Below, in pieces: positions 1 to 8,246 of a stretch of 24,000 nucleotides of DNA; positions within the stretch are counted from its first letter, which is position 1, and each line of letters begins with the position of its first letter. Under the pieces are notes generated by a model. The model was not told the origin of the DNA and searched no databases. It saw nothing but the letters and a program-made list of their open reading frames with translations. This stretch comes from Klebsiella phage VLCpiP4a. The DNA lies in the sequence record ON602749.1; one strand, 5' to 3'. The position numbers and the translations under genes are program-made.

Positions 1-366
1 GTAGTTGGTAACCACTCTCCCGTCTTTATAGACGGCAGCTATTAAGGCGTTATTTGATACAAGCCGATTGCTACTCTTAGAAGAAACAGCTTTGCTTTGC
101 TGAGATTCTTGTTTAAGAATACGCCCAGCATAATGCACCATCTTCTCTGCGTCGTACTTAGCAGACTGACCTGGCTTACCATTGTTCTTACGAGCATTGG
201 CATTACGCCACAAGGCTTTGAACAGACAGCCTTCATCGAAGGTCATACCCAGTGCTTGGATAATATCCTCACACTCTGCCTGGTAAGGGGGTTGCTCCTC
301 ACGTTGAGGAGCCTCCACTTGAACCAGGTAGTAATTAACCTTACCTCCAGTTAATTCCTGGCTCAT
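1..366 (-). CDS. Partial CDS running off the left edge; DUF3310/T7 gp1.7-like (SaV-like) protein
   Basis: Not in the ORF track because truncated. ATG at 366 and open to base 1 (122 codons): MSQELTGGKVNYYLVQVEAPQREEQPPYQAECEDIIQALGMTFDEGCLFKALWRNANARKNNGKPGQSAKYDAEKMVHYAGRILKQ... The ECxDIIxALG...F..G...K.LWR...K pattern resembles DUF3310-type phage proteins. Confidence 0.72.
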   Translation of the reverse strand, partial: MSQELTGGKVNYYLVQVEAPQREEQPPYQAECEDIIQALGMTFDEGCLFKALWRNANARKNNGKPGQSAKYDAEKMVHYAGRILKQESQQSKAVSSKSSNRLVSNNALIAAVYKDGRVVTNY

Positions 367-369
367 AAG

Positions 370-669
370 TTACGCCTTAGCAGGTTTTACTGCACCGTCC
401 GGGTTGAACTCTTCACGAGTCATCAGACCCAGGTTGTTAAAGGCGAGGAACACGATATCGACAATGCCCATGTCAGGGTCCTGGAAACGTTCTTGCATGT
501 TAGCCGTCACTGTACGCTGGGCTTGTGCAAGAGCCTGGGCATTTACAACTGGTTTCTCAGTCAGCAGTACTGCGTTGATGGTTACAACACCACCATCAGA
601 AGCGTCTTTGTTCTGAAAGACTACCTGAGCCGATACTAACCAGTGGTACATAGCTTTTTGTTCAGTCAT
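370..669 (-). CDS. Conserved phage hypothetical protein (99 aa)
   Basis: ORF tightly packed between neighbours in the DNA replication cluster; no motif recognised. Confidence 0.75.
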   Translation of the reverse strand: MTEQKAMYHWLVSAQVVFQNKDASDGGVVTINAVLLTEKPVVNAQALAQAQRTVTANMQERFQDPDMGIVDIVFLAFNNLGLMTREEFNPDGAVKPAKA

Positions 670-670
670 G

Positions 671-886
671 TTAAATACCTGTGTTTACCGTGATTACTAC
701 GTCAAAGTCTACTTCTTTTACATCTGTTGGGAGTTTGTTGCATATGAACAAACCATCTCCCTGCAAAGGATAGTTACGACGCAGGTCTTCCATCTCGACT
801 ACGTTAGTCAAGTTAAAAGCTTTGGCAATCTTTTCAGCATTCCGGGTTTTACCAGATGCTTTGGGACCCATAAGTAGTACTTTCAT
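671..886 (-). CDS. Small P-loop NTPase-like protein (71 aa)
   Basis: N-terminal MKVLLMGPKASGKT matches Walker A (GxxxxGKT/S-like); start overlaps the DNA polymerase stop by one base. Confidence 0.7.
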   Translation of the reverse strand: MKVLLMGPKASGKTRNAEKIAKAFNLTNVVEMEDLRRNYPLQGDGLFICNKLPTDVKEVDFDVVITVNTGI

Positions 887-3474
887 TACGAAAATGCCTT
901 TTGAATTACATCGTTGATTTGTTCGGGCGTAGCGTAGTTTGGAATCTCAATCTCGTTAGCCCATGTTGGGTAAAACAAGGATAGTTCCCCACCCAAATGA
1001 ACATCTGGATGAGTAATATCAGGATGGTCTTGCCACTGAACAGCTTTAACCAGGTGTTCATTGACATACATAACCGTGTCCATGTTGTCACGTATCATGA
1101 AGTACTGAGCATCATGGATGTGGATACTAGGGCGAATATCTAAGCGATACTCACTTTTACGGACCTTGCCCATAAACTCAGAGCCTGCTCTGTTGTTAAG
1201 CAAACACCAACTCTGACCTAGTGCATTACCTGCTGTTCTACCTTCGGCTTCTGCCTCATACGGAGTCTTACTGGTTCCACGAAGTACTTGGTACAGTAAA
1301 GGGGTACGCACTCTCAAACCGAATGCGGCAGTAACATAACCATCCTTAGCAGCTTGGTCAAGTTTTGCCTGAACCCAATTGTCACTAACTGTGTACAGGT
1401 CGTGATAACGTTTCTCGGTTAACTTGGCCTTGGCTTCTGGAAAACCACAGTTCTTCATCAGCCCCATATAAGTACCCCCATAGGTGAGCAAGAACGTAGG
1501 TGCTTTGGACTCACCACGTAATGCTTTGTACTTAGTTTGAATGGAGTTAATGGATTCTACTGTATTAACAATGTCCGGCATCTGCTCACCAAAGTAAGCA
1601 AAAGCACGGAGACTGTGCCCATCGTAACCATCGGTGTACACCTTCAGCTTCTCTGGGTCTTTAGTCGTTAATGCAGAAATACGGTCTTCCAGGGATGCAA
1701 AGTCCAACCCACAGAATATCCATCCTGGTGGTGCTTCGAAGCAGGATTTAATCTTCTTAGCATACTTGGAACCAGACGGAATAGTTTGCAGGTTAGGGTC
1801 TGATGCAGATAGCCTGCCTGATACGGTACCCCCTAAGTTCAGGTTACCGAACAGATAGTGCCAACCATCCGGGCCTTGTCTTGCATTAAGGAATGCTGGC
1901 ATAAAGCCCGTGATTATCTTATCTACTAACTTGTAGTCTATAAGAGCATCCAGGAAAGCTAACACTTCCTTATCGGTTGTATGGTTCTTTAAGTCCTTTA
2001 GGGTATCTCCACCAGTCTCTGGTTGCTTGTTCTTGGTTAAACCAATTACAGGCAAGCTCAGCATATCAAATAATAGACGCTGAAGCTGTGGTCCTGAGTT
2101 TGGGTTGAATGTATCCTTATAATCAGCAAGTGTTACTCGCTTCTTCTTGAGCGTGGCATTCTTCTCAGCTACCCAGGCTTGTCCTTCTATGAGGTCGAAC
2201 TGTTTGGTGATTGGACTATTTTTAATGACAGTCAGTGCTGTACGCCTGTCTTCTTCCATTTCCTTAGCTACTTTAATAACAGTAGCCATGTTCATGGGCA
2301 TACCAGTCAACTGCATCTGGATAATATCTACGGTAGCTGGCTTGAATATATTGTTGTATATATCCAATTGCTGGTCAGCAACCATGTTATTCCAGTGCTT
2401 TTCATACGTGAACCATGTGGACAAACCATCCACCAGGTTGTATTCAAGCAACTTATCCAGAGGGATTCTACGTATATCGTTAATCTCATCCTGAGCATAG
2501 TTACCAGCATATTCTTGAGCTTGTTCTTTCAAGCCCAGCTTATTACCTGCACAGCTATTAGTAGCTAAGTAGGTAATTAACTTGGTGTCATCCCAGTTAC
2601 GCAGTAGTACATCAATGCCATTAAGCAGACCATCCGTATCAAGCAAGTCAGTCATGTACAACACATATATCATGACGTAAACGTCATATGAAATGTTGTG
2701 GTACATAGTTCTCGCCAGATACTTCTGGAAGAATTCCCTAAGCATGGTACGGACAAGCAAGTTAGGAACATACTCACCAAATGGAGCCTCTGTAGCCCCC
2801 TCAATGGGCTTGTAATCCACAGGGAATGCAATCCCCTGGGTCTTACTCCAGCACATCGTTATAGTGCCAATGCCTGCGTTATAGTGCTTTAGGTCAAAGG
2901 CTTCGATGTCTATCGCTAGAGGTATTTGTTGCTCAAGTAGAGTATCCAGCCAGGCTTGAATAGCTTCTGGCGTCTTTGGATAATCGGCATACTCAATGAT
3001 GGTTGTCCCTGGTTCCACGTAGTTGTCAGTTACGTAGTCCATCAATGCAGATATGCCCTGAGCAATCTTGGCTTTAATTTTAGGTGGGTCATAAAAGACC
3101 TGCCTGTAATTAGGTACGTAAACAACTTTAATATCTGGGTCGTACTGGCAATCCATTACGTAGCCTAAGCAAGCTTCGGCTTTAGCAGACTTAGTAAGTA
3201 CCTTAAAGTACTCACTGTCTCCACATATAACGTAATTAGTTTTAGACTGTTTTAGTACGGGCAGAAGTTCGTCTTCGATATACTGCTTAATCTCCTTCAC
3301 AGGAGTTTTCTTTTTACCCGGTGCTTGATGCAGGTCGAGGATAATTACCGACTCCTTATCAATCTCCCATGGTTCAAGATACTCTTTGACAATCTCATCT
3401 GCCCTTATCATGGGTACCAGTATAGCTACTGGATATTCCCCAGACTGGTCAAATACAACATGTCTCATGTACAC
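886..3474 (-). CDS. Family A DNA polymerase with 3'-5' exonuclease domain (N4 gp39-like)
   Basis: 862 aa; exonuclease motif LAIDIEAFDLKHYNAG, motif A GLDFASLEDRISALTTKDPEK, motif B region KAPTFLLTYGGTYMGLMKNCGF, motif C SIHIHDAQYF. Confidence 0.95.
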   Translation of the reverse strand: MYMRHVVFDQSGEYPVAILVPMIRADEIVKEYLEPWEIDKESVIILDLHQAPGKKKTPVKEIKQYIEDELLPVLKQSKTNYVICGDSEYFKVLTKSAKAEACLGYVMDCQYDPDIKVVYVPNYRQVFYDPPKIKAKIAQGISALMDYVTDNYVEPGTTIIEYADYPKTPEAIQAWLDTLLEQQIPLAIDIEAFDLKHYNAGIGTITMCWSKTQGIAFPVDYKPIEGATEAPFGEYVPNLLVRTMLREFFQKYLARTMYHNISYDVYVMIYVLYMTDLLDTDGLLNGIDVLLRNWDDTKLITYLATNSCAGNKLGLKEQAQEYAGNYAQDEINDIRRIPLDKLLEYNLVDGLSTWFTYEKHWNNMVADQQLDIYNNIFKPATVDIIQMQLTGMPMNMATVIKVAKEMEEDRRTALTVIKNSPITKQFDLIEGQAWVAEKNATLKKKRVTLADYKDTFNPNSGPQLQRLLFDMLSLPVIGLTKNKQPETGGDTLKDLKNHTTDKEVLAFLDALIDYKLVDKIITGFMPAFLNARQGPDGWHYLFGNLNLGGTVSGRLSASDPNLQTIPSGSKYAKKIKSCFEAPPGWIFCGLDFASLEDRISALTTKDPEKLKVYTDGYDGHSLRAFAYFGEQMPDIVNTVESINSIQTKYKALRGESKAPTFLLTYGGTYMGLMKNCGFPEAKAKLTEKRYHDLYTVSDNWVQAKLDQAAKDGYVTAAFGLRVRTPLLYQVLRGTSKTPYEAEAEGRTAGNALGQSWCLLNNRAGSEFMGKVRKSEYRLDIRPSIHIHDAQYFMIRDNMDTVMYVNEHLVKAVQWQDHPDITHPDVHLGGELSLFYPTWANEIEIPNYATPEQINDVIQKAFS

Positions 3475-3476
3475 CT

Positions 3477-4007
3477 CTAGAACAATAAATGAGTTCCTGA
3501 ATAGTATTCGATGATTGGTAAAATCTTCTCATACTGCTTCATAGCTCGCTTATCATCATTAAGTGTGTAAGCAGCTGGTCTTGTACGCTCAAATGTCTGA
3601 AGCCCCATATCCTTGTCTTGTGCTACAAGGCACTCTGGTAAAGCATCACGAATATCTTGTCTGGTTGTGCATCCTTGAACCAGTCTGAATACCATCTGGT
3701 TGACCTGGGTACATTCCCACAGCAATCGTCCAGACTTGTCCAGGTAACGTTGCATACGCTCTACTAATGAATCATGCAATGTCAGCCTTTCGCCGTATGG
3801 TGGAATGCGACTAGCATTACTAACTTTGTAGAACTCACCTTGATACTGAAAACCTACGGTATCAAATACACCCTGAAGGTTTTCATTTTCCTGTACTAAT
3901 TCAGCCAGGGTATCATCCAGCCTTTTCAGTTCAGCCAGGAATAGATGCTTAACGATTGCACTACTATTGGTATTTTCGTGAATGTTCTTTTCTGATATCT
4001 GAGCCAT
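3477..4007 (-). CDS. Conserved phage hypothetical protein (176 aa)
   Basis: ORF directly between helicase and DNA polymerase, coiled-coil-like N terminus (ELKRLDDTLAELVQENENLQG). Confidence 0.75.
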   Translation of the reverse strand: MAQISEKNIHENTNSSAIVKHLFLAELKRLDDTLAELVQENENLQGVFDTVGFQYQGEFYKVSNASRIPPYGERLTLHDSLVERMQRYLDKSGRLLWECTQVNQMVFRLVQGCTTRQDIRDALPECLVAQDKDMGLQTFERTRPAAYTLNDDKRAMKQYEKILPIIEYYSGTHLLF

Positions 4008-4015
4008 AGGGCCAC

Positions 4016-5323
4016 CTACTTAATTAAGCCACCATACTTTTTAGCAAGGTCGCCATAAAACACAACACGCTTACGAGCACGCGATACAGCTACGTAAAGC
4101 AGACGGGCTACTACATCCGGCTGACGGCAAGTAGATAAATCACCTGCATCGATAAACACGGTGTCGTAAGTGGAACCTTGGGATTTATGTATGGTACACG
4201 CATGTGTTGCACGTAACTCTGGATATGTTTCCTTTAGCTTAAAGTAAAGGTCCCAGCGTTTTTGTTTACCAAAGAACTTAACCAGATTATTGAAGTACTC
4301 ATAATCAACAGGGATTGGTACCTCTTCAATGTAGCCACCATAACCGGTGTCTAGGGTGCAATCCCGTACCTCAAGTTCGATATCATCAGTGATACGAACC
4401 ATGCGAGTCTTTGGTTCTCGGTCAGTAATCCGTACCTCTTGCTCAATCGACAAACGGTCGGATTTACCGATAGTAACTGCTGAGTTGCTCACCAGTTCTT
4501 CACCAACAACAAACTCACCAGCCAGCCCATTCAGGTCACGAACATAAGTATTGTAGTTAACTACCTGCCCATTCGTATAAGCCACAATGCGACTATTGGT
4601 TTTGTTAGTGAAGTGCTGTTCCAGCAGCAATTGCATATCATCTGCATCTACCCAGTCAATAACACCTGGTACGCACTTAATAGGCAGGAAACCTGTTTTA
4701 CCTTCTACAGTGTCACGCAGTTGTTTATGCAATGCCTGTAGTTCGGGGATAGTAGTACGCATCTGCTCAGTTAAGTAAAAGGTTTTAATTCCACTGTCAT
4801 AAACAGGGGAACTTACCTCTTTTACTGGAAGCAACTGAGCATGGTCACCAACGTAAACAATCTTACTGTTGTGTGTGCCTTCCAGAATGAACTTACGCAG
4901 CTTACGGTCAATCATCGAGGCTTCGTCAATAAAGATGACCTTATTGTGCTTGATTGAGTAGTTGCGTGCTGGGATTAAGTCAGCTTCCCCAGTGGAGAAG
5001 TTGTTCTTAACCGTCAGTCCTTGGAAAGCATGATAGGTACTGGCAGGTCGCCCAGTGGCCTGAGCCAGTACTTCAGCAGCCTTGTTAGTGGTAGCTGTCA
5101 TTACTACCTCGTCATACTCTGACTTAATACCAAGAGTCTGACAGGTTTTATGGTAACGAGGCATGATTTCATCAATCATGTGAGCCATGGTAAATGTCTT
5201 ACCTACGCCACCTGCACCGCTAATATTGAGCTCTTTCTCATGCTTATCAAACAAGAATTCAAAAAAGCCTTCAGCAGCTTCAGTCTGCCCAGCGTTTAAG
5301 GGCAGTTTTGTAGTATTACTCAT
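4016..5323 (-). CDS. SF1B DNA helicase (Dda/RecD-like; N4 gp37-like)
   Basis: 435 aa; Walker A ISGAGGVGKTFTM, Walker B VIFIDEASMIDRK, GDHAQLLPV, C-terminal HKSQGSTYDTVFID...LLYVAVSRARKRVVFYG. Confidence 0.93.
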   Translation of the reverse strand: MSNTTKLPLNAGQTEAAEGFFEFLFDKHEKELNISGAGGVGKTFTMAHMIDEIMPRYHKTCQTLGIKSEYDEVVMTATTNKAAEVLAQATGRPASTYHAFQGLTVKNNFSTGEADLIPARNYSIKHNKVIFIDEASMIDRKLRKFILEGTHNSKIVYVGDHAQLLPVKEVSSPVYDSGIKTFYLTEQMRTTIPELQALHKQLRDTVEGKTGFLPIKCVPGVIDWVDADDMQLLLEQHFTNKTNSRIVAYTNGQVVNYNTYVRDLNGLAGEFVVGEELVSNSAVTIGKSDRLSIEQEVRITDREPKTRMVRITDDIELEVRDCTLDTGYGGYIEEVPIPVDYEYFNNLVKFFGKQKRWDLYFKLKETYPELRATHACTIHKSQGSTYDTVFIDAGDLSTCRQPDVVARLLYVAVSRARKRVVFYGDLAKKYGGLIK

Positions 5324-5359
5324 CGATTTTCCTACAGATAACTACCCTAATGGGCAGTG

Positions 5360-5821
5360 TTAAATGAATGGGGATAGTTCAGGGGGAGTGTAGTCCGGGC
5401 CTTTCATGACTTTCTGGTTCTCATTGAACAACGGCTCACCGTTAACAAACTTAGAGTAGTTAGAACGGTTCACTTCAGATAAGGCACCAGGGACATTCAT
5501 CCCAAGGAAAGTACCAATACCAGTTGCTGTAACAATCTGGTCAGCCAGTGCATCCAAAAGTTCTGCACGGTCTGATTCTTTTACGTAAGTATCTTCCCCA
5601 TAGGCTTTCAGTCTGTCAGCTAATGCTGTTAATGCGGTCTTAGCGTCTGTGATGACCATAGATTGAAACGGGTTGTCACTCTTCAGAACTTCCAGCATTT
5701 CTGCTACTTCTTCCAAGTGACAGCCAATCTGGGTTGTAACATTTTTATGGGTTGGATTCGGCACTGCCTTCAGAAACCAATTCTGAGTCTGTACCAGCGT
5801 ATCGTTTGAGGAATCGCTCAT
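5360..5821 (-). CDS. MazG/PRA-PH-like nucleotide pyrophosphohydrolase
   Basis: 153 aa; HLEEVAEMLEVL ... DALADQIVTATGIG and the terminal NRSNYSKF..GxxLFNENQKVMKGPDYTPPELSPF pattern typical of this superfamily in phages. Confidence 0.75.
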   Translation of the reverse strand: MSDSSNDTLVQTQNWFLKAVPNPTHKNVTTQIGCHLEEVAEMLEVLKSDNPFQSMVITDAKTALTALADRLKAYGEDTYVKESDRAELLDALADQIVTATGIGTFLGMNVPGALSEVNRSNYSKFVNGEPLFNENQKVMKGPDYTPPELSPFI

Positions 5822-6140
5822 GAGCTGTACCTTTAAGATTATGACGGTTTTGGTAAGCCTCCATCAACAAGTCTCGTACATATTGACGAATCTCATATTT
5901 GGGGCCTAACTGGTCTGCCAACCAATCCGCTACGTGAGTAGGCATTGGTGCAAGTACGTTCTCCATGAACGTGCGACGGGTGTCAGCAGGTTCAATGTTC
6001 AGAGAGCGTAATCGTAAAGTTACAGTGGTTGGGTGTACGCCAAGGGTTTTGGCAATAGTAGCGAGTGATAATCCGATGGAGTTCATTCGGATAATATCAT
6101 CGTCATGGGCTTTGCGGTTAGCACGATATACAGTAGACAT
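5745..6140 (-). CDS. Helix-turn-helix DNA-binding protein
   Basis: Track starts at 6158 (TTG), but an ATG at 6140 has a good SD (GAAGAGGAATTATACTATG). HTH-like segment DDDIIRMNSIGLSLATIAKTLGVHPTTVTLRLRSL. Confidence 0.75.
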   Translation of the reverse strand: MSTVYRANRKAHDDDIIRMNSIGLSLATIAKTLGVHPTTVTLRLRSLNIEPADTRRTFMENVLAPMPTHVADWLADQLGPKYEIRQYVRDLLMEAYQNRHNLKGTAHERFLKRYAGTDSELVSEGSAESNP

Positions 6141-6160
6141 AGTATAATTCCTCTTCAAAT

Positions 6161-6190
6161 ATACCCTCAGTGTATTTCAACTGAGGGTAT
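6161..6190. repeat. Perfect 10-bp inverted repeat ATACCCTCAG-N10-CTGAGGGTAT
   Basis: Read directly: ataccctcag tgtatttcaa ctgagggtat, intergenic between the rIIB-like stop and the HTH gene start. Confidence 0.9.
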
Positions 6191-6212
6191 TTGAACAGTG
6201 TATTACGAACTA

Positions 6213-8246
6213 CTACAGATGATGTTTAAGCTTTTCAATGGCTTTGATTTCATCTTCATTCAGACCAAGTGCTGCATAAGACTTCTTAGCTGCACGTTTC
6301 AGGTCGTGAATAGCATGTGCCTTAGAGTAGTCACTCATGCCAGCATCATTCAGATAGCCACGAATGGTATCTGCATGTTTGCTACCTTTAGCCGGTGCAG
6401 AAACTACAGCTTTCTTCACTGGTTCCGGTTTGCGTTCTACTGGCATTTTGGTACGAGCATCAGCTAACTGCTGAACCATGTCAGAAGAGAGACCCAGTGC
6501 AGACCAAGGTTTCTTCATCTTGCCTTTAAGAGCAATCAGTTCGCCAGCTACCTCTGCTGCTACTGTAGCAGTTTCAGCATTCTGGAATTTATTCCAGAGT
6601 TCGTCAGCAAGTTCCATATTGGATTTCTTCTTAGTGATTGGTTTAACATCAGTAGCTTTCACTACCGGTGCAGTGTTTGGTGTTACATCCAGTGATTCTT
6701 CCAGGTCGATGGTAGGCTTCTCTACATAGCTACCCACTTCTACTTCTGGTTCAGCCAGAGTAGCATTAAGTGCTGTGTAGGTAAGGTTAGTACCACGGTG
6801 ACCTGCAACATGAACTAGCAGGTTCGGCTGTGGATGTTTACCTGACAGAACCCGGTTAAGGATTTCTGCACCACCTGGAATGGTATCAATAGGACGACCA
6901 CTATTTACATGGTCACGGATAGCTGGTGGCAGCTCTTCCACAATATGGTAAGCAGCTACACGCATTTTAGTTTTACTGTACTCAGGCACAGCAAAAACGT
7001 CTTCTGGTGCAACTTTACCAATGATGGTTACATTACCGCTGAAGCTAGTAATGTATTGCTGAGTAGCCACATGTAGTCCGTGTGAGCAGTCTTGACGACG
7101 GTTCTGGTCTACCAGGTCTTCTCGCACCTGCACCTTAGAGCCTACAGTTTGTTCAATGTTACCGGAATGTACGTCAACATAGACACGCTCGGCTTTGACG
7201 TGCTTAGCACTAGACTTCAGGTTAAGACGTTTGAAGATGACAATGGAGCCATCATCAGCAATAGGCAGGTTACCTGTTTCCATAAACTGCATCAGGTCTT
7301 CCACCGAGTGACGGCGGTCCTTGATAACAGGAGCCAGCCTCTCTAGGAACTTAGCGAAGCCACGAAAGTCTTTGAGTTTTGCAGACTGACGAATCTGACG
7401 TTGGATGCCTTCAACTCCTGGTACTACCGTGTTATTAACAATAGCGACAATAGTTTCGTCTTCGGCCAATGGCTCATGGAACTTGTTCTCGTTGGTTGAG
7501 ATACCACCAAGTTTCATTAGCTTCTCTTCTGCTGCATCCAGCTTAGAAGCATTGGATTCTGCTACTGGTAACACTGGCGGTTTATCACCAACGTTGAGGA
7601 TAGTAGTAACTACGCCCTCTTTAGCCAGTAGCCCTGCATAGTGAACAGCCTGGTCTTCGGACAGATGAATAGATACGCGAATAGGCAGTGGCTCATTCAG
7701 CTTATCAGAAGCTTCTTTAAGACCAATACCTACAAATTCGCGTAATGCTTTAATGGCACCAACACGGTTTCCAGGGTTGTGAGCAGTAATCCACAAGGCT
7801 TTGCTTCCACCCTTTACGTGCTCTACTTCTTTTACTGATTCAGCAGCAGGCGTAGCATCACGTACAGCAAGGAATTTATCCATTGCCATAGCACCAAGAG
7901 TGGCAGTACTACCCAGGAAAATAGTTTCCACCAGAGCAGCAGGCTTTACTTCTGTCTCGTCAGCAAAGAACTCAGAGAGTTTCTTCTTAGCGACACGGAA
8001 GAAGCGAACCAGTCCATTAGTTCCTTGCTCTGCATCTGCGTATTCCTTCTTAGATGCATTGTGTATAGTGATATCTACGCTAACTGGTTTGCCTGGAGCT
8101 AGTCCTTTAGCCTTAGCTTCAGCAACAATGGTTGCTACGCGAGTATCACCTTGCGGAATATGAATGGTAGTACCATCCGGTTTCCAAAGGGTAAGTCGCT
8201 CGCTATCTACAGATAGGGCAACAATTACTACGATGTTTTGGTTCAT
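6213..8246 (-). CDS. rIIB: rIIB-like protein
   Basis: 677 aa; N terminus VALSVDSERLTLWKPDGTTIHIPQGD similar to T4 rIIB; core ...DFRGFAKFLERLAP...GNLPIADDGSIVIFKRL... ; start overlaps rIIA stop by 4 nt. Confidence 0.85.
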   Translation of the reverse strand: MNQNIVVIVALSVDSERLTLWKPDGTTIHIPQGDTRVATIVAEAKAKGLAPGKPVSVDITIHNASKKEYADAEQGTNGLVRFFRVAKKKLSEFFADETEVKPAALVETIFLGSTATLGAMAMDKFLAVRDATPAAESVKEVEHVKGGSKALWITAHNPGNRVGAIKALREFVGIGLKEASDKLNEPLPIRVSIHLSEDQAVHYAGLLAKEGVVTTILNVGDKPPVLPVAESNASKLDAAEEKLMKLGGISTNENKFHEPLAEDETIVAIVNNTVVPGVEGIQRQIRQSAKLKDFRGFAKFLERLAPVIKDRRHSVEDLMQFMETGNLPIADDGSIVIFKRLNLKSSAKHVKAERVYVDVHSGNIEQTVGSKVQVREDLVDQNRRQDCSHGLHVATQQYITSFSGNVTIIGKVAPEDVFAVPEYSKTKMRVAAYHIVEELPPAIRDHVNSGRPIDTIPGGAEILNRVLSGKHPQPNLLVHVAGHRGTNLTYTALNATLAEPEVEVGSYVEKPTIDLEESLDVTPNTAPVVKATDVKPITKKKSNMELADELWNKFQNAETATVAAEVAGELIALKGKMKKPWSALGLSSDMVQQLADARTKMPVERKPEPVKKAVVSAPAKGSKHADTIRGYLNDAGMSDYSKAHAIHDLKRAAKKSYAALGLNEDEIKAIEKLKHHL

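Noticed and set aside
331-900. Possible retron/reverse-transcriptase-like or novel defence system
   Set aside because: No RT motif ([YF]xDD) or recognised defence gene pairings found anywhere in the window; polymerase motifs are all explained by the family A DNAP and the T7-like RNAP.
2147-2494. 115-aa minus-strand ORF within the DNA polymerase
   Set aside because: Wrong frame relative to the family A polymerase, which is continuous across this region.
97-2892. Numerous plus-strand ORFs (97-354, 404-616, 668-877, 1634-1858, 2179-2568, 2698-2892)
   Set aside because: All antisense to recognised minus-strand genes, no domain motifs; the window is consistently leftward.
7801-8163. 120-aa plus-strand ORF antisense to rIIB-like gene
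   Set aside because: Lies fully opposite a well-supported rIIB-like CDS; composition resembles a mirror-frame artefact, no SD or family match.
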